Positions 51,641 to 64,000 of a stretch of 64,000 nt of DNA are shown piece by piece (position 1 is the stretch's first letter; every line of letters begins with the position of its first letter). Under the pieces are notes generated by a model, which saw nothing but the letters and a program-made list of their open reading frames with translations, was not told where the DNA came from and did not search any database. The translations under genes were made by a program, and so were the position numbers. Origin of the DNA: Octopus vulgaris (Eukaryota). The stretch lies in assembly GCA_951406725.2 (NCBI GenBank), contig OX597819.1, forward strand, positions 2,728,001 through 2,792,000, read 5' to 3'.

Positions 51641-52240
51641 ATGTCCAACCAGATACAGCAAAGCAACAGATCATTCAACAAAACTGCCCTCAGCCTCACT
51701 GACAGTCCCATTATAGCCACAGAAGTGACTCCTTACTAGAAACAAGTGGATTACATCCATGCCACCTACCACATGCATGATGGGAACTCCTAATCAGTGT
51801 TTAGCAGTGTGGAGCAACTAGCCAGCCACTCCCACTCGTGCCAATACACCAGACATAACTTCCAAGGATTTCAGGGGAGTTAGGAAATCACATAATATGG
51901 GGGTCACATGCTGACACATTTCTTCCATGTCTTGACAGACTCAAATGTTCCACTTCTCATCGGGCAGGACTAGCACCTGATGTCCTCATACACTAGAAAT
52001 CCGTTATTAGACTTTGCTACATTGGGCCACTCAGTGACAACCTGGGCTGGTTAAAGGTCCAACAATTCAGGCAGTCACTCTGGGTGCCATGTCTTGTATT
52101 TGGGATCTTCAAAATAAAAGGGGGAAAAAAAGGTAATAAATAAAATTAATGCTTTATCCTCATGTTCAGTATATTGTAATAAACACTATTCTTAAAGTTG
52201 CAGGTTTTCCTCTTTGTAAAGATTTGTAAAATATGAATAT

Positions 52241-52636
52241 AGGTGTAGGCATGGCTGTGTGGTAAGAAGCTCGCTCCCCAACCACCTGGTTCCGGGTTCA
52301 GTCCCACTGAGTGGGACTTTGGGCAAATGTCTTCTACTATAGACTTGGGCCAGCCAAAGCCTTGTGAGTGGATTTGATAGATAGAAACTGAAAGAAGCCT
52401 ACTGTATATATGTATGTGTGTATCTTTGTGTTTGTCCCCCATCACTGCTTGACAACCAGTGCTGGTGTGTTTATGTCCCCTGTAACTTAGTGGTTCAACA
52501 AAAGCATAAGTACCAGGCTTTAAAAAACAACAAAGTGCTGGGGTTGATTCATTCGACTAAAAATTCTTCAAGGTGGTGCCCCAGCATGGTCGCAGCCTAA
52601 TGACAGAAACAAGTAAAAGACAAAAAATAAAAGATA
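52241..52636 (+). mobile_element. tRNA-derived SINE copy
   Basis: Complete head, body and tail. Confidence 0.9.
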
Positions 52637-53557
52637 TCAACGGCATGCACTTACAGCCAGCCACCTTCTTAGATGAAACTGGTCACCTCTGATATACAGG
52701 AAACAGTGAATAAATATTCCTTGATATTGTAAATAGCCACTCGGTTGAATGAAAATCCATTATATACAATAGAAATAGTATTAAATTGAAATATCCATCT
52801 CTGTCTTAACTTTAATGTAAATACAGTGCTGAAAGGGTCTCTAAAATAAGAAGGTGTCTCTGAAATAAGAAGGGTCTCTGAAGTAACATTACTCAACAAG
52901 AGATCAGGAAATCTCTCCAGGTTTTGTCGCTACTTCTCCACATTGAGACATCACAGTTCCAGACATGTGATTACAATGTTGCAGGAAAAAAATCACAAGA
53001 CAGATTCTTCAAGTTAAGCCAACTAGCAGGAGAGCTAGGGGTAGACCATGAGTGAGACGGTTGGATAACATCTGTTGTCTCAGTTGGTCATAGAAAGTTT
53101 AATGATAGTCGCTTCTGATAGGTTCCTTCAGAGGAGATGCCAAGGGACTCTACCCCCACAACCTTCCTAGGAATTGTGAAGGTACATGGCTTGGTGATTA
53201 CAGTGTTGGACTCATGAATGTAAGATTGTGGTTTCGATTCCTGGACCAGGCAACGTGTTGTGTTCTCGAGTAAAACACTTCATTTCACATTGCTCAAGTC
53301 CACTTCGCTGACAAAATTGAGTAATTCTGCAACAGACAAGCATGCTGACCAGATGGGGAATATATATATGCCATGAAAACCGGGAAGCCAGCCCTTGTGA
53401 GTCAGCATGGCTTGAGAAGGTAACTTTACCGTTCCTAGGAATTGTGGGAAACAAAAATGGATGGATAGATAAAAATATACTTGTATGAATGTTGAAATTC
53501 TGCTGATATATGTATGTATGTATATGTATATTTATGTATGTATGGTACCATATGTAG

Positions 53558-54500
53558 TATGTATATGGGGTGGTGGATATCTATTGTTCAACAATGAGAT
53601 TCTGTTGTTTAATGAACCGAATAATCTGCTTCTGAATTAACACATAAGGGTTTGAGCATTTCCTCAGACTTGTGTACTGTTATGATTTTTTTTTTCTGGC
53701 AGAATCAGCATGATACAATGTGTGCGTGACAAGGCCAAATTTCTTCAGGGTACCAGCAACCCAAGGGACCGTCCTAGCAACAGCTCTCAGTGATCCATTG
53801 AGATTGTTGTAGATGAAGTCCAGGACCTGTGGGATGAATTCACCCGTCCTAATGAAGTTTGACCATTGAGAATGTATCTTCCTGTTAGCCACAGATGACA
53901 TATTCCTACCATAGGTTTCCAGCTATTTCTGTCCCTGGACATGAAAGAACTGATTATATTAACCCCCAGGGAACACCCAGGCCAATTCAACAGCCCAAGG
54001 TATACAAGCTGAAAGGAGTTTGAGGCCAGACCTTCTACCTTATGGAACAAATGTCATGAATGGTTGGTTTCGAAGTTTGATAGCTAATTAAGTACCATCT
54101 TCTAGATGTATTTCAATAGTAACAAATTTTGGTCTTTTTGGCCTACACATACCAAAACACTTTGTATCTCAAAAGGGTTAAAGAAGAGATTTCTGATTCA
54201 TTGTGGCTGGTAGCTAAAGCCATGACTACAGCATGCCATTTCATTTTTATGTCAGACAGGAATCTGTCACATTGATGATGTCAGTAGATCTGAAGGAGAA
54301 ATATGAGTGTAATTCAAGAAATTTGGTCTTGTCACACACACATTGTATCATGCTGATTCTGCCTGGAAGAAATCATAAAAGTACACAAGTCTGAGGAAAT
54401 GCTCAAGCCCTTACACGTTGATTCAGGAGCAGATTATTCAGTTCATTAAACAACAGAATTTCATTGTTGAACAATAGATATCCAGCACCCCATATACATA
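53558..54500. mobile_element. Unclassified element with about 185-bp inverted arms and a 570-bp spacer
   Basis: 53558-53745 is the reverse complement of 54316-54500. It is flanked by TA-rich microsatellite. Confidence 0.7.
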
Positions 54501-54517
54501 TACATATACATACATAC

Positions 54518-54561
<44 letters not shown>

Positions 54562-54563
<2 letters not shown>

Positions 54564-57438
54564 TTTTACTTGTTTCAGTCATGCTGGAGCACTGCCTTAA
54601 AAGGTGTTAGTCAAAGAAATTGACCCCAGGACTTATTCTTTGTAAGCCTAGTACTTATTCTATCGGTCTCTTTTGCAGAACTACTAAGTTATAGGGACAT
54701 AAACACACCAGCATCACTTGTCAAACGATCAAACCTGGGCACCAAACTGTTAATCCATTAATCATTAATTAACAAAGTTAACATTTTCGTTAATGATTTA
54801 ACTTTTAAGTTAACTTTAGAAATCATTATCAGACTAATTAACTTCCATTACATTTAACTTCCGTTAACTCAAGTCCACTAACCCAAAAATTTCATAAAAA
54901 CCAGTAAACATTTCAAAGTTTCCATTATTTTCAGATTTTCAACACCGATGTAGAGCCTTAGCATATTTAATATTGTCTGCATCATTCTTTCAACCCCGAT
55001 GTAATGCCACTTATTATTATAAATAACTTTTCAATTAAACTTTGAATTGTGAGTTCAAAATGATATTTTATGTATTCAATATTTAAGCAATTATTTTCTA
55101 TTAATAGACCATATAAAGTTTCTTTAATAAACTAATAAGATATTGCACCATAACACACAACAAAGTGCTATATATAAAAAGAAGAAGTGTCAGCAGAAAG
55201 AGGATTCACTTCACTCTGAAGAGCTGTTACAGTTACAATGTGAGTATCTGTTATTATAGCGATACCATTATTAGTGTTAATTGAAAGAAAAGAAATAAGT
55301 CCAGTTTCATTACTATAACATATTAAACATTTGCATACATTCCTTTCGTATTCTAGTATTTGATATTGTAAGATCAATTTGTTAATTAGCCACGTTTTAT
55401 GATAGTTTCAAATATTTATGTTGTTTAAGATTTTAGTTGATAGAATCTCAAAAATTTGAATCTGTTGACATTGTCAAGGCTGAAACTGCCAGTGCCACTG
55501 GACCTCAGCAGGAACAGTCTCAGAAGCCCTGGCTACCCCTGGACGACTACTTCTTGATCAAGTCAAGGGAAGGAGACAAGTTGATTTTCAACTGCAAGCT
55601 GTACCTGCCCATCAAGGGGTACATGACAAGCTTCAACAACCTCAAGCAAGCACTTCAAGAGGGCCCACCAAGCCAAGTTCACACTATTTGAGGAGAACGT
55701 CAAGGCAGGAATTATCAAGTCTGTTTTCACCTCCCTCTGGCAAGAAAGCACACCAGCAAACCATTAACAAGTCCTTTGGCACTGCTGCTACTTGCAGTGG
55801 CATACTCCAGGCTGTTGTGGATCAAAGGATTGTGGACCTGTTCATGGCCAACATGTTTGAGAGGCTAATCAAGATGCTGAACCCCAGCAAGAGCTCCATG
55901 TCGAGGAGGACACTGGGCAGGCAAACTGTTAATTTGCATACTGACTTGAAGCAGTACTTGATCAGGGAATATTCAAAATACCTTGAAGAACTTCAGCTTC
56001 TAGACACATATTATATTATAAATCATTCAAAACATATATTATATTATCTCTTAACTATTGATATGATACTAAAATAATATTATAAATACTAAATTGTAAA
56101 ATTAATATTGATATTTGATCTGACAATATCTTTTTTACTAGTCTGTTTCCCTACAAATTTCAATCTTTTAAAATTTTCTAATTCTCCATTATTTTATTTC
56201 CAAGTCATACCACCTGTGACCAAAGTGCTCAACAAGATCCAGGGAAGGAACAAGCCTACCTTGGAACTCTACTGCCAACAGTTGTTACAACAATCTTTAG
56301 ACTCAAGGGCTTGAAGTCCAAGGGCCTCATCTACTACAGCCCCTTGGTTGACGCACTTTTGGCAGGCAGTGACAAAAGTTTTAGGACCCTCCTGGAGGAT
56401 GAGGACTGCCAGCTGGCTGCTGCCTTCCACCCCAGGTTTCGCCTCATCTGGTTGGCTAAGTATGACAACACCAAAGTCGCCAAAGTGAAGAAAAGCATGG
56501 AAGGTAAGGTCAAAGAGGTCATGAGGCAGCAGCCTGACAAAGTGAGCAACAACAGTGGAGGCAGTAGCAATGAAAAGCAGGAGGATGACTTCCTCAGTAG
56601 TGTCACCCAGCCAAAAGAGAGTAGCAGGATCCACAGGTCACTCAAGGACAAAGCCCAGAATTTAGTCAAGACCTGGTTGGAGACCAGCTCCAAGGAATTG
56701 CTGACAGATGCTGCCTTCTTGGGTGAGCAAGTGTTGATGGACTTATTCATCAAGTTCAACACAGTGCTGCAGTGGAGTCTTTGTTCTCTATGGGCAAGGA
56801 CATCTTAAGGGCCAAAAGCTCATTCATGCCTGATGAAAACTTTGACGTGCTAATTTTCATGAAGGGTAATATGCATCTCATGAACAAAATGGAGAATGAG
56901 AAGAAGAGGAAAAATTAAATTATGTATATATCATGTTTTTCATTTTTTCATTTTTATTTTTTGAAGGCCAGTTTATCAATAAACTTTTTTTAGTTTAATA
57001 CTAATATTATGTTTCATTTGAGTTTTTTTTTTTTTTTTTCGTTTTTCTGGCTCTGAAAGCTTTTAAAAACCTTTTAAAAAAGGCCAAAACTATGAAATCA
57101 GCCTTTTTTATGTCTTTTAAAAGTTAAAACTATAAAATAAGCATTTTTTAACTCTAAAGCACAAAAACTATAGTTTGGGGTTCTAAAGCCCTTAAAAAGG
57201 CCAGAAAAGCTTGATTTTATAGTTTTGGAACTATTTAAATGTGTTTTTTGGTGGGTTTTAGAGCAAAAACTGATTTTTTTTTCTATAATAAAAATTAACA
57301 TTAACAGTTTATCAATAATTTCCATTACATTTTTAAACAATTAACTGATTAATGATTCTTGAAGTTAACTTTTCAATTAATAGTGCCCACCTTTGCAAAC
57401 GATGGGGGAACAAATACAGACACACACAAATATATACA

Positions 57439-57473
<35 letters not shown>

Positions 57474-57890
57474 CTTTAGGTAAATATATTCAGTAAGAAT
57501 ATTTTATACTGAATTTATATTGAGTGCTCCGTTGTAGAAAAATATTAATACTATTAAAGTATTTATATATTTAATACGAGTGATATATACATATATTTTT
57601 TAATAATATATTATTATTATTAATAAAGAAAGTCAATATCCAAACTCATCATAACAATATAGCCGTATGAAAGAAATTATTGTATTAAAAATATATATAA
57701 ATAAATAAATATAAAAATATAAATATAATGTATAAAATAAATTCGATAATTTAAAAATTTTGAATTAATTATTTAATTATTTATATATATTTAATTAATT
57801 ATATATATACAACAGGTTTCCTCCAGTTTCTGTCTACCAAATCCACTCACAAGGCTTTGGTCAGCCCAAGGAATATAGAAGAAAACACTT
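54562..57890 (-). mobile_element. tRNA-derived SINE split by later insertions
   Basis: Tail at 54562-54729, continuation at 57396-57430, body at 57808-57890. Confidence 0.8.
54730..57395 (+). mobile_element. hAT DNA transposon, both ends intact, transposase degraded
   Basis: 8-bp TSD CAAACGAT (54722-54729, 57396-57403). TIRs CAAACCTGGGCAC / GTGCCCACCTTTG. BED-like YF..CKL, AAAFHPRFR motif, and C-terminal AAVESLFS...ENFDVLIFMK. Confidence 0.92.
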
Positions 57891-58129
57891 ATATATATAT
57901 ATAAAGGCAAGTCAAAAATAGAAGAGGAAAAACCGCAAAAGTGAAAATGAAGTACACAGTGAATGTATTAGACTGATGCTCAGAGAAAGTTCTAGATGAA
58001 AAAAAGAGGAGGGGGATGTTTTTAATTAACTTAAAAAATTAATTTTAAAAATTAAAAGTTAAAAAATCAAATTAAATATTTGAAAAAATTATAATTAAAA
58101 GATTTGAAAAATAGAAAAGTAAAAAAATA

Positions 58130-59016
58130 AAATAGGGGAAATGAAGGTGGAAGCTATTACAAGTAGGTGAGGCTGATAAGTCCAAACAACTTTATGAGTT
58201 TGCAGTGTTAAAATGCAGCAGTGTTCTTGGTGAAGTCTAGTGGCAGTGAAGTCCATGTTGCAAGGCCAGGCCAAAGACAGTGAGGCGTTTGGTGGAGTGG
58301 CTGGTAGAGCAAAAATAACAGGTGATGGGGATAATTTTCTGTGGAGAGACAGATATCTCATAGATGTTCTGTATATCTGTTGGCTAGGCAACAGCCAGAC
58401 TGACCAACATGGAAAGAGTTGCAAAGAGTACATTTGAGGCACCGGATGATATTAGAAGAGATACAAGAGTCCTAGATGTGAATAATGTGTTGGTTGGTTC
58501 CAGTGAGAGAGGTGGTGTTGGTGATGAATGGACAGGTGTGGCAATGAGAACTGAAGCAAGGGAAGGATCCTGGGGGAGTGGGAATGGAGGAGGGGAGGGA
58601 GATATGGACCACTACATAGCATAGGTTACAGGTGCATTTGAAGGAGGGGAGAAGTGAATTGGGGAAAACAGGGTGGATGGTAGGATTGGATTGGAGTGAA
58701 GATGACAGAAGGCCCACTGGACTGTCCAACGAAGGAGTAGGGTGAAAGGGTGGAAAAGGAAAGGAAAGGGGATGTGGTTGATAGATGGGTATGGAGAAGG
58801 GATGTTGATTGAAGGAAGGCCTGTACAAGGATAGAGGGATATCTGAAACAAATGAACACATGGGCCAAGTTTTGAGACTGAGTCTTAAAATCCTGCCCAC
58901 AACTAACATTGGAAACAAGGGAACTGGTAGTAGGGAATGACCCATTTGGTATGGGAAGGGTGAGAGTCAGTAGGTCTGAAGAAGGCAGAAGTGGTGAGAG
59001 AGTGGGCAAGGGGATC

Positions 59017-59030
<14 letters not shown>
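58130..59030 (-). mobile_element. Penelope-like element remnant (GIY-YIG)
   Basis: The minus strand at about 58350-58470 reads CISSNIIRCLKCTLCNSFHVGQSGCCLANRYTEHL. Confidence 0.7.
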
Positions 59031-59051
<21 letters not shown>

Positions 59052-59064
59052 CAAAAAAATTAAC

Positions 59065-60177
59065 AAATTGAGGTGATTTCATGGCAAAGAATTCATCAAG
59101 GTATCTTTTTACATCATCCAAGGAATTGAAATTTTTACCATTAAGGCTATGCTGCAGAGACCTGAATAAATGGAAATCCGAAGGAGCAATATCTGGTGAA
59201 TTTTGAGAGTGGGGTAACACATTCCAGCCAAGCTGCAGCAATTTTTGTCTGGTTCCCAAAGAAACGTGTGGTCTTGCATTATCATGTTGGAAAACAAAAC
59301 CCTTCCTGTTGGCCAATTCTGGACGTTTCTCTTGAATTGCTACTTTTAACTCATCCAGTTGTGCACAGTATTCCTTAGAATTAATTGTCTGGTTAATTAA
59401 GCTCATAGTACAGAATTCCTTTCCAATCCCACCAGACACAAAGCAAGACTTTTTTAGGGTAAAGACCCGCTTTGTGGTGGCTAAAGGTGGCTCATGTCGC
59501 TTGCTCTAGGATTGCTTTCTCTGAACATTTCGGTAGTTAATCCATTTCTCATCACCTGTCACAATTTGCTTTAAAAAAGGCACGCTTTCATTCCGTTTAT
59601 AAAGCGAATCACAGATGGAAGGTTCTTTTCACTCAACTCATGTGGTACCGAAACATCGTAGTGATTTGTGTACCCAAGCTTTACCAGGTGCTCATGAACG
59701 ACGGATTTTGATAGGTTGAGGTTTTCTGCCAATTCTCGGGTTGTACAATGTGGGTTATTCTCAATTAATAACTTAATTTGGTCATCTGTAGTGGATGGTC
59801 TACCTAATCGCTCTTTATCAATAAGGCTGCAATCTCCAGCTCAGAACCTTGCGAACCACTTCCATACAGTTCTTTCGGATGAAGAAACATCACTGTAAAC
59901 TGCATATATTTCTTTGGTTGCTTGTAAGGCATTTTTCCCTTTATGGGAAAAGAAAAGCATCAAGTGCCAAAAATGAACTTTCTTATCTTCCATTTTCAAG
60001 GGTTACAGAATTAACACAGGTTATAGGAACATAAGCCTTCTTCCATGAAAAGATAGCTTAAACTGTGCTCTAAATGAAGGTGTAGTCAAATTCTATTTTA
60101 TGGACTCAACCATGTTCTAAAATAAGTCGAAAGCTAAGCTACTATAAATCGGCACGAACTTTCTGGACAACTCAATA
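59065..60177 (-). mobile_element. mariner, 3'-truncated
   Basis: 5' TIR at 60146-60177. TGDEKW, FQHDNARPH and SPDIAPSDFHLF motifs. Confidence 0.92.
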
Positions 60178-60183
60178 TGTATG

Positions 60184-60214
<31 letters not shown>

Positions 60215-60752
60215 TATAACACAAATCCATAATTCATCCAGCATAAAAATTGTAAAAGTTGTAAAAACTGGACGCAGATTGAGGGCTCGTATGAACTATA
60301 ACAGACGAATCTAAATTTATCATTTGTTATAAATCTTTTTTCATATCTACACTGGTTCATGTACTGTTTATGATATTAAGAAGCAAAGGGACAAAATACT
60401 GAAGTGACCATGGACAATCTGGCAAAATGGTTAATTCTTCAAGGCTTTGGATTCTAGGACACTGGAAAATTAGCGGTGTACATATGTGTGTATGTGTATG
60501 TATATACATATATATAAAATCACAAGATACAGATTCAAGAAATATGGTAGTATGTAAGCTTAAATTCTGCATTATTTGAAAAGATATTTTGCCTTAATCC
60601 AGACATGTACATAATTTATTATTAAACATAATAATATAAATTATTTACATATTTTTAAGTTACGAAACAACTTGTTGTGATATTTAAATTTTCATGTTGT
60701 TAAATAAAATTTCATCAAAATATTTCCCTGTCATTTATGGCTTATATATATA

Positions 60753-61396
<644 letters not shown>

Positions 61397-61397
<1 letters not shown>

Positions 61398-63690
61398 TAG
61401 CAGAGTTGCCTGCGTTACATACAATTGAAGAATTAGACTTTTCTGTAATGAAATACCTGTGTTTCGAATTTCATCAAAATTGCAGATGAGGGTTATTTCC
61501 CTCTTTACACACCGTAAAAAAAATTGTAATCATGCCACATGTATCCCATACTACTGATTTTTATGCGCATATTCCAAAATTCCAGTCTTATAGAACTTGT
61601 TAAAAGGATTTTGCTCCTGAAAAATGGAGGTCATGGAGCTCTAAAATGTGAGAGTTAACGCCCCTATTGGGGGTGGACATCTTAATGTCAACCTGAGAAG
61701 TTGAATTATATTTTTTATAGATTTTTTTTTAATATTTTATCTAGTTTCAGCTCACGAGCTGTGGCCATGCTGGGGCACCGCCATTCAGTGTTGCTACATG
61801 ATTTTACTTCACGAATGTTGTTTAGTAATTGCCATTTGGTGCATGAGAGAGTTCGATGCAGTTGCCCTCATCTGCACCTCCTGCCGTGAAGTTGGTTCAT
61901 CTGGGACACCTGACTGGAAGAGATCCAGTTTTATTTTAAAGACATCTGCGTCCACCCCATGCAGGTCTCTCAGGTTCTTCGGGAGGATATTGAAGAGCTG
62001 TGGGCCTCTGAAGCCCAGGCTATCACAGTATCTTGTCCTACATCTTGATGGCAAATTTGGAGTCTTTGGCACTATGCAGTGGCACCCAGTTCGGGTATTT
62101 GTGTAACTCTCGATGCCGAAGTTTGGGACAAGTCCTTCTAGGATCTTCCAGATGTATATTATGGCATATCTTTCTTGCCTACGCTCTAAGGAATAGAGTC
62201 TCAATCTCTTGAGTCTTTCCCAATAGCTTATATGCTGCACAGAGGCAATCTTCTTTGTGTAGCTTCGTTGGATCACCTCAAGTTCTGTGATTAATTTGAC
62301 ACTGGATGGTGACCATAGCTGAGAGCAATAGTCTAAGTGGCTTAGGACAAGTGTCCTTCATAGGACCACTTGGGTCTTATATCTATTGTTTGAATTTCTT
62401 TGAAATAGGAAATATGTGTTCACTGGGTTTGTAAAAGAGAGCAAAGCTACAGGAAACCAAAAGACAAATGATCACAATAAGCAGTCAGCTACAGTACCCT
62501 AGTTGTTACCACTCCCAATGTAGGATTCCTCACCATGCAGGTGACAGGCACAGCCATAAGATGCATTACGAATCTATAGCAATTGGAAGGGCGTGACCCA
62601 ACTGAAATAAACATTAACAACTGTGTGACGTGAGGGCTAAGGAGAAATGAAATTTGGAGTTTGCAAATGACCACTATACTGATACGTAACTGGACAGAAT
62701 AAATATACAATCTATAAATGTCTTTGAATAACCAGTCACTCATCTGGGAAGGCCTTGAAATCAATGTTACCATGTGGGGACTATGTGTCACCCAGTGATA
62801 ATAAAAAGACTGAAAGGAGGTCTGCAATCAAATAACTTTACTCAACACTTTGCAACTGAATCAGTGGAGGCAAAGATGCCTCATTTACTTGACAATTTAT
62901 GCACCGCATTGCAGAAATCACAATGTAAGTGTATGTCAAAGCAAACTCTTACACTGTTGTACCATTGAATTACAAATAATGCTCATCTTCTATGCTCAGA
63001 TGACCCCCACCGCTTCCAAGAGTACAACTATTCCTCTTTGCTTAGATAAAATGACAAAATTGTTGGTGTTAAGTCCCCCTGAAGGGGTCTTTCTAACTTG
63101 TAAGAAGATGAAATTTTATAAATATTACTTCATTTGTATCTAATATCTATGGTTAAAATTTCATCAACAGCAAAAATATAGGAATTGTCATGGGGGGTTG
63201 TGGCCATTATGCATAGAATATAATTTCCAAATTTCGTAAAGATCCATTCAGTACTTTTGACTTAGTTTTGGATCATAAAAGAAATTACTAAAATTTGGGA
63301 GTTAAGGTCCCCATTAGGGTGTCTTAGAATTCTCATGTGAAGTGGAAACTTTGAGAATACTTCTTGATGTGTGTCAATTACCCATGGTTGAAATTTCATC
63401 AACATCAAAAATTTATGAATTTTCATGGGGGGTTCTGCCTCCTTTAAGCCATCTGAAATTCAAACCAAACATATTGCATTATACCTGCCCTTATGCATTG
63501 AATCTAAGTTTCAAATATCATAAGGATCCATTCAGTAATTTTTGTCCATGAAATTGTTTGAAACACACAGCATTACTCTTCTCCCTGGGCTTGGATTCTG
63601 TGTTCCAAATTTCATTATGATTGGTGCAGCAGTTTTCGAATGTATAAGTAATGCACGAACACATAAAGACATTGTCTTTGATATAATAAA
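61397..63690 (-). mobile_element. Possible non-autonomous Helitron-like element, interrupted
   Basis: The minus strand ends GC-rich segment + CTAG-T at about 61397-61425. Similar GAAATTTCATCAA subrepeats occur at about 61470, 63160 and 63390. Confidence 0.4.
61730..62369 (-). mobile_element. 5'-truncated copy of the LINE at 1-2958
   Basis: High identity to about 2365-2955. It retains a segment deleted in the first copy. Confidence 0.93.
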
Positions 63691-63761
63691 TATGAATGTA
63701 CACATATACATACATGTATATATATATATATGTGTGTGTGTGCGTGTGTGTGTGTGTGTAT

Positions 63762-63813
<52 letters not shown>

Positions 63814-64000
63814 AAGATAAATTGATAGATACAACTGAGTGGGCAAACAAAAATATGAAACACAGTGTAGTGCTTTTTTTATTTTGATAAGCCTGGTACT
63901 TATTCTATTAGTTTCTTCATTTGAAACCAGTAAGTTATGGGGATGTAAATAAACGAACAGCAGTTGTGAAGCAGTGATGAGAGTGAAACACAGAAACAAA

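Overview
AT-rich, microsatellite-dense eukaryotic DNA. The SINE repertoire strongly suggests an octopus/coleoid cephalopod genome (recognition, not a database result). No confidently identifiable host gene, rRNA, true tRNA or CRISPR array is present. The window is a patchwork of transposon fossils: CR1-group, Tx1/L1-like and RTE LINEs, two Penelope-like (GIY-YIG) remnants, several mariner copies and a DD37D element, a hAT with both ends and an 8-bp TSD, Merlin-like and piggyBac-like MITEs, many tRNA-derived SINEs, and a 6.3-kb 37-bp satellite. The most notable signal is a set of sequence-unrelated 400-530 bp head-to-head fold-back elements whose arms carry minimal type I hammerhead-ribozyme motifs pointing away from the centre. 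One of them (29544-30069) has a tRNA-like Pol III head and a 12-bp TSD around the whole palindrome. It looks like a ribozyme-bearing SINE/retrozyme mobilised by Penelope-like machinery through snap-back copying.
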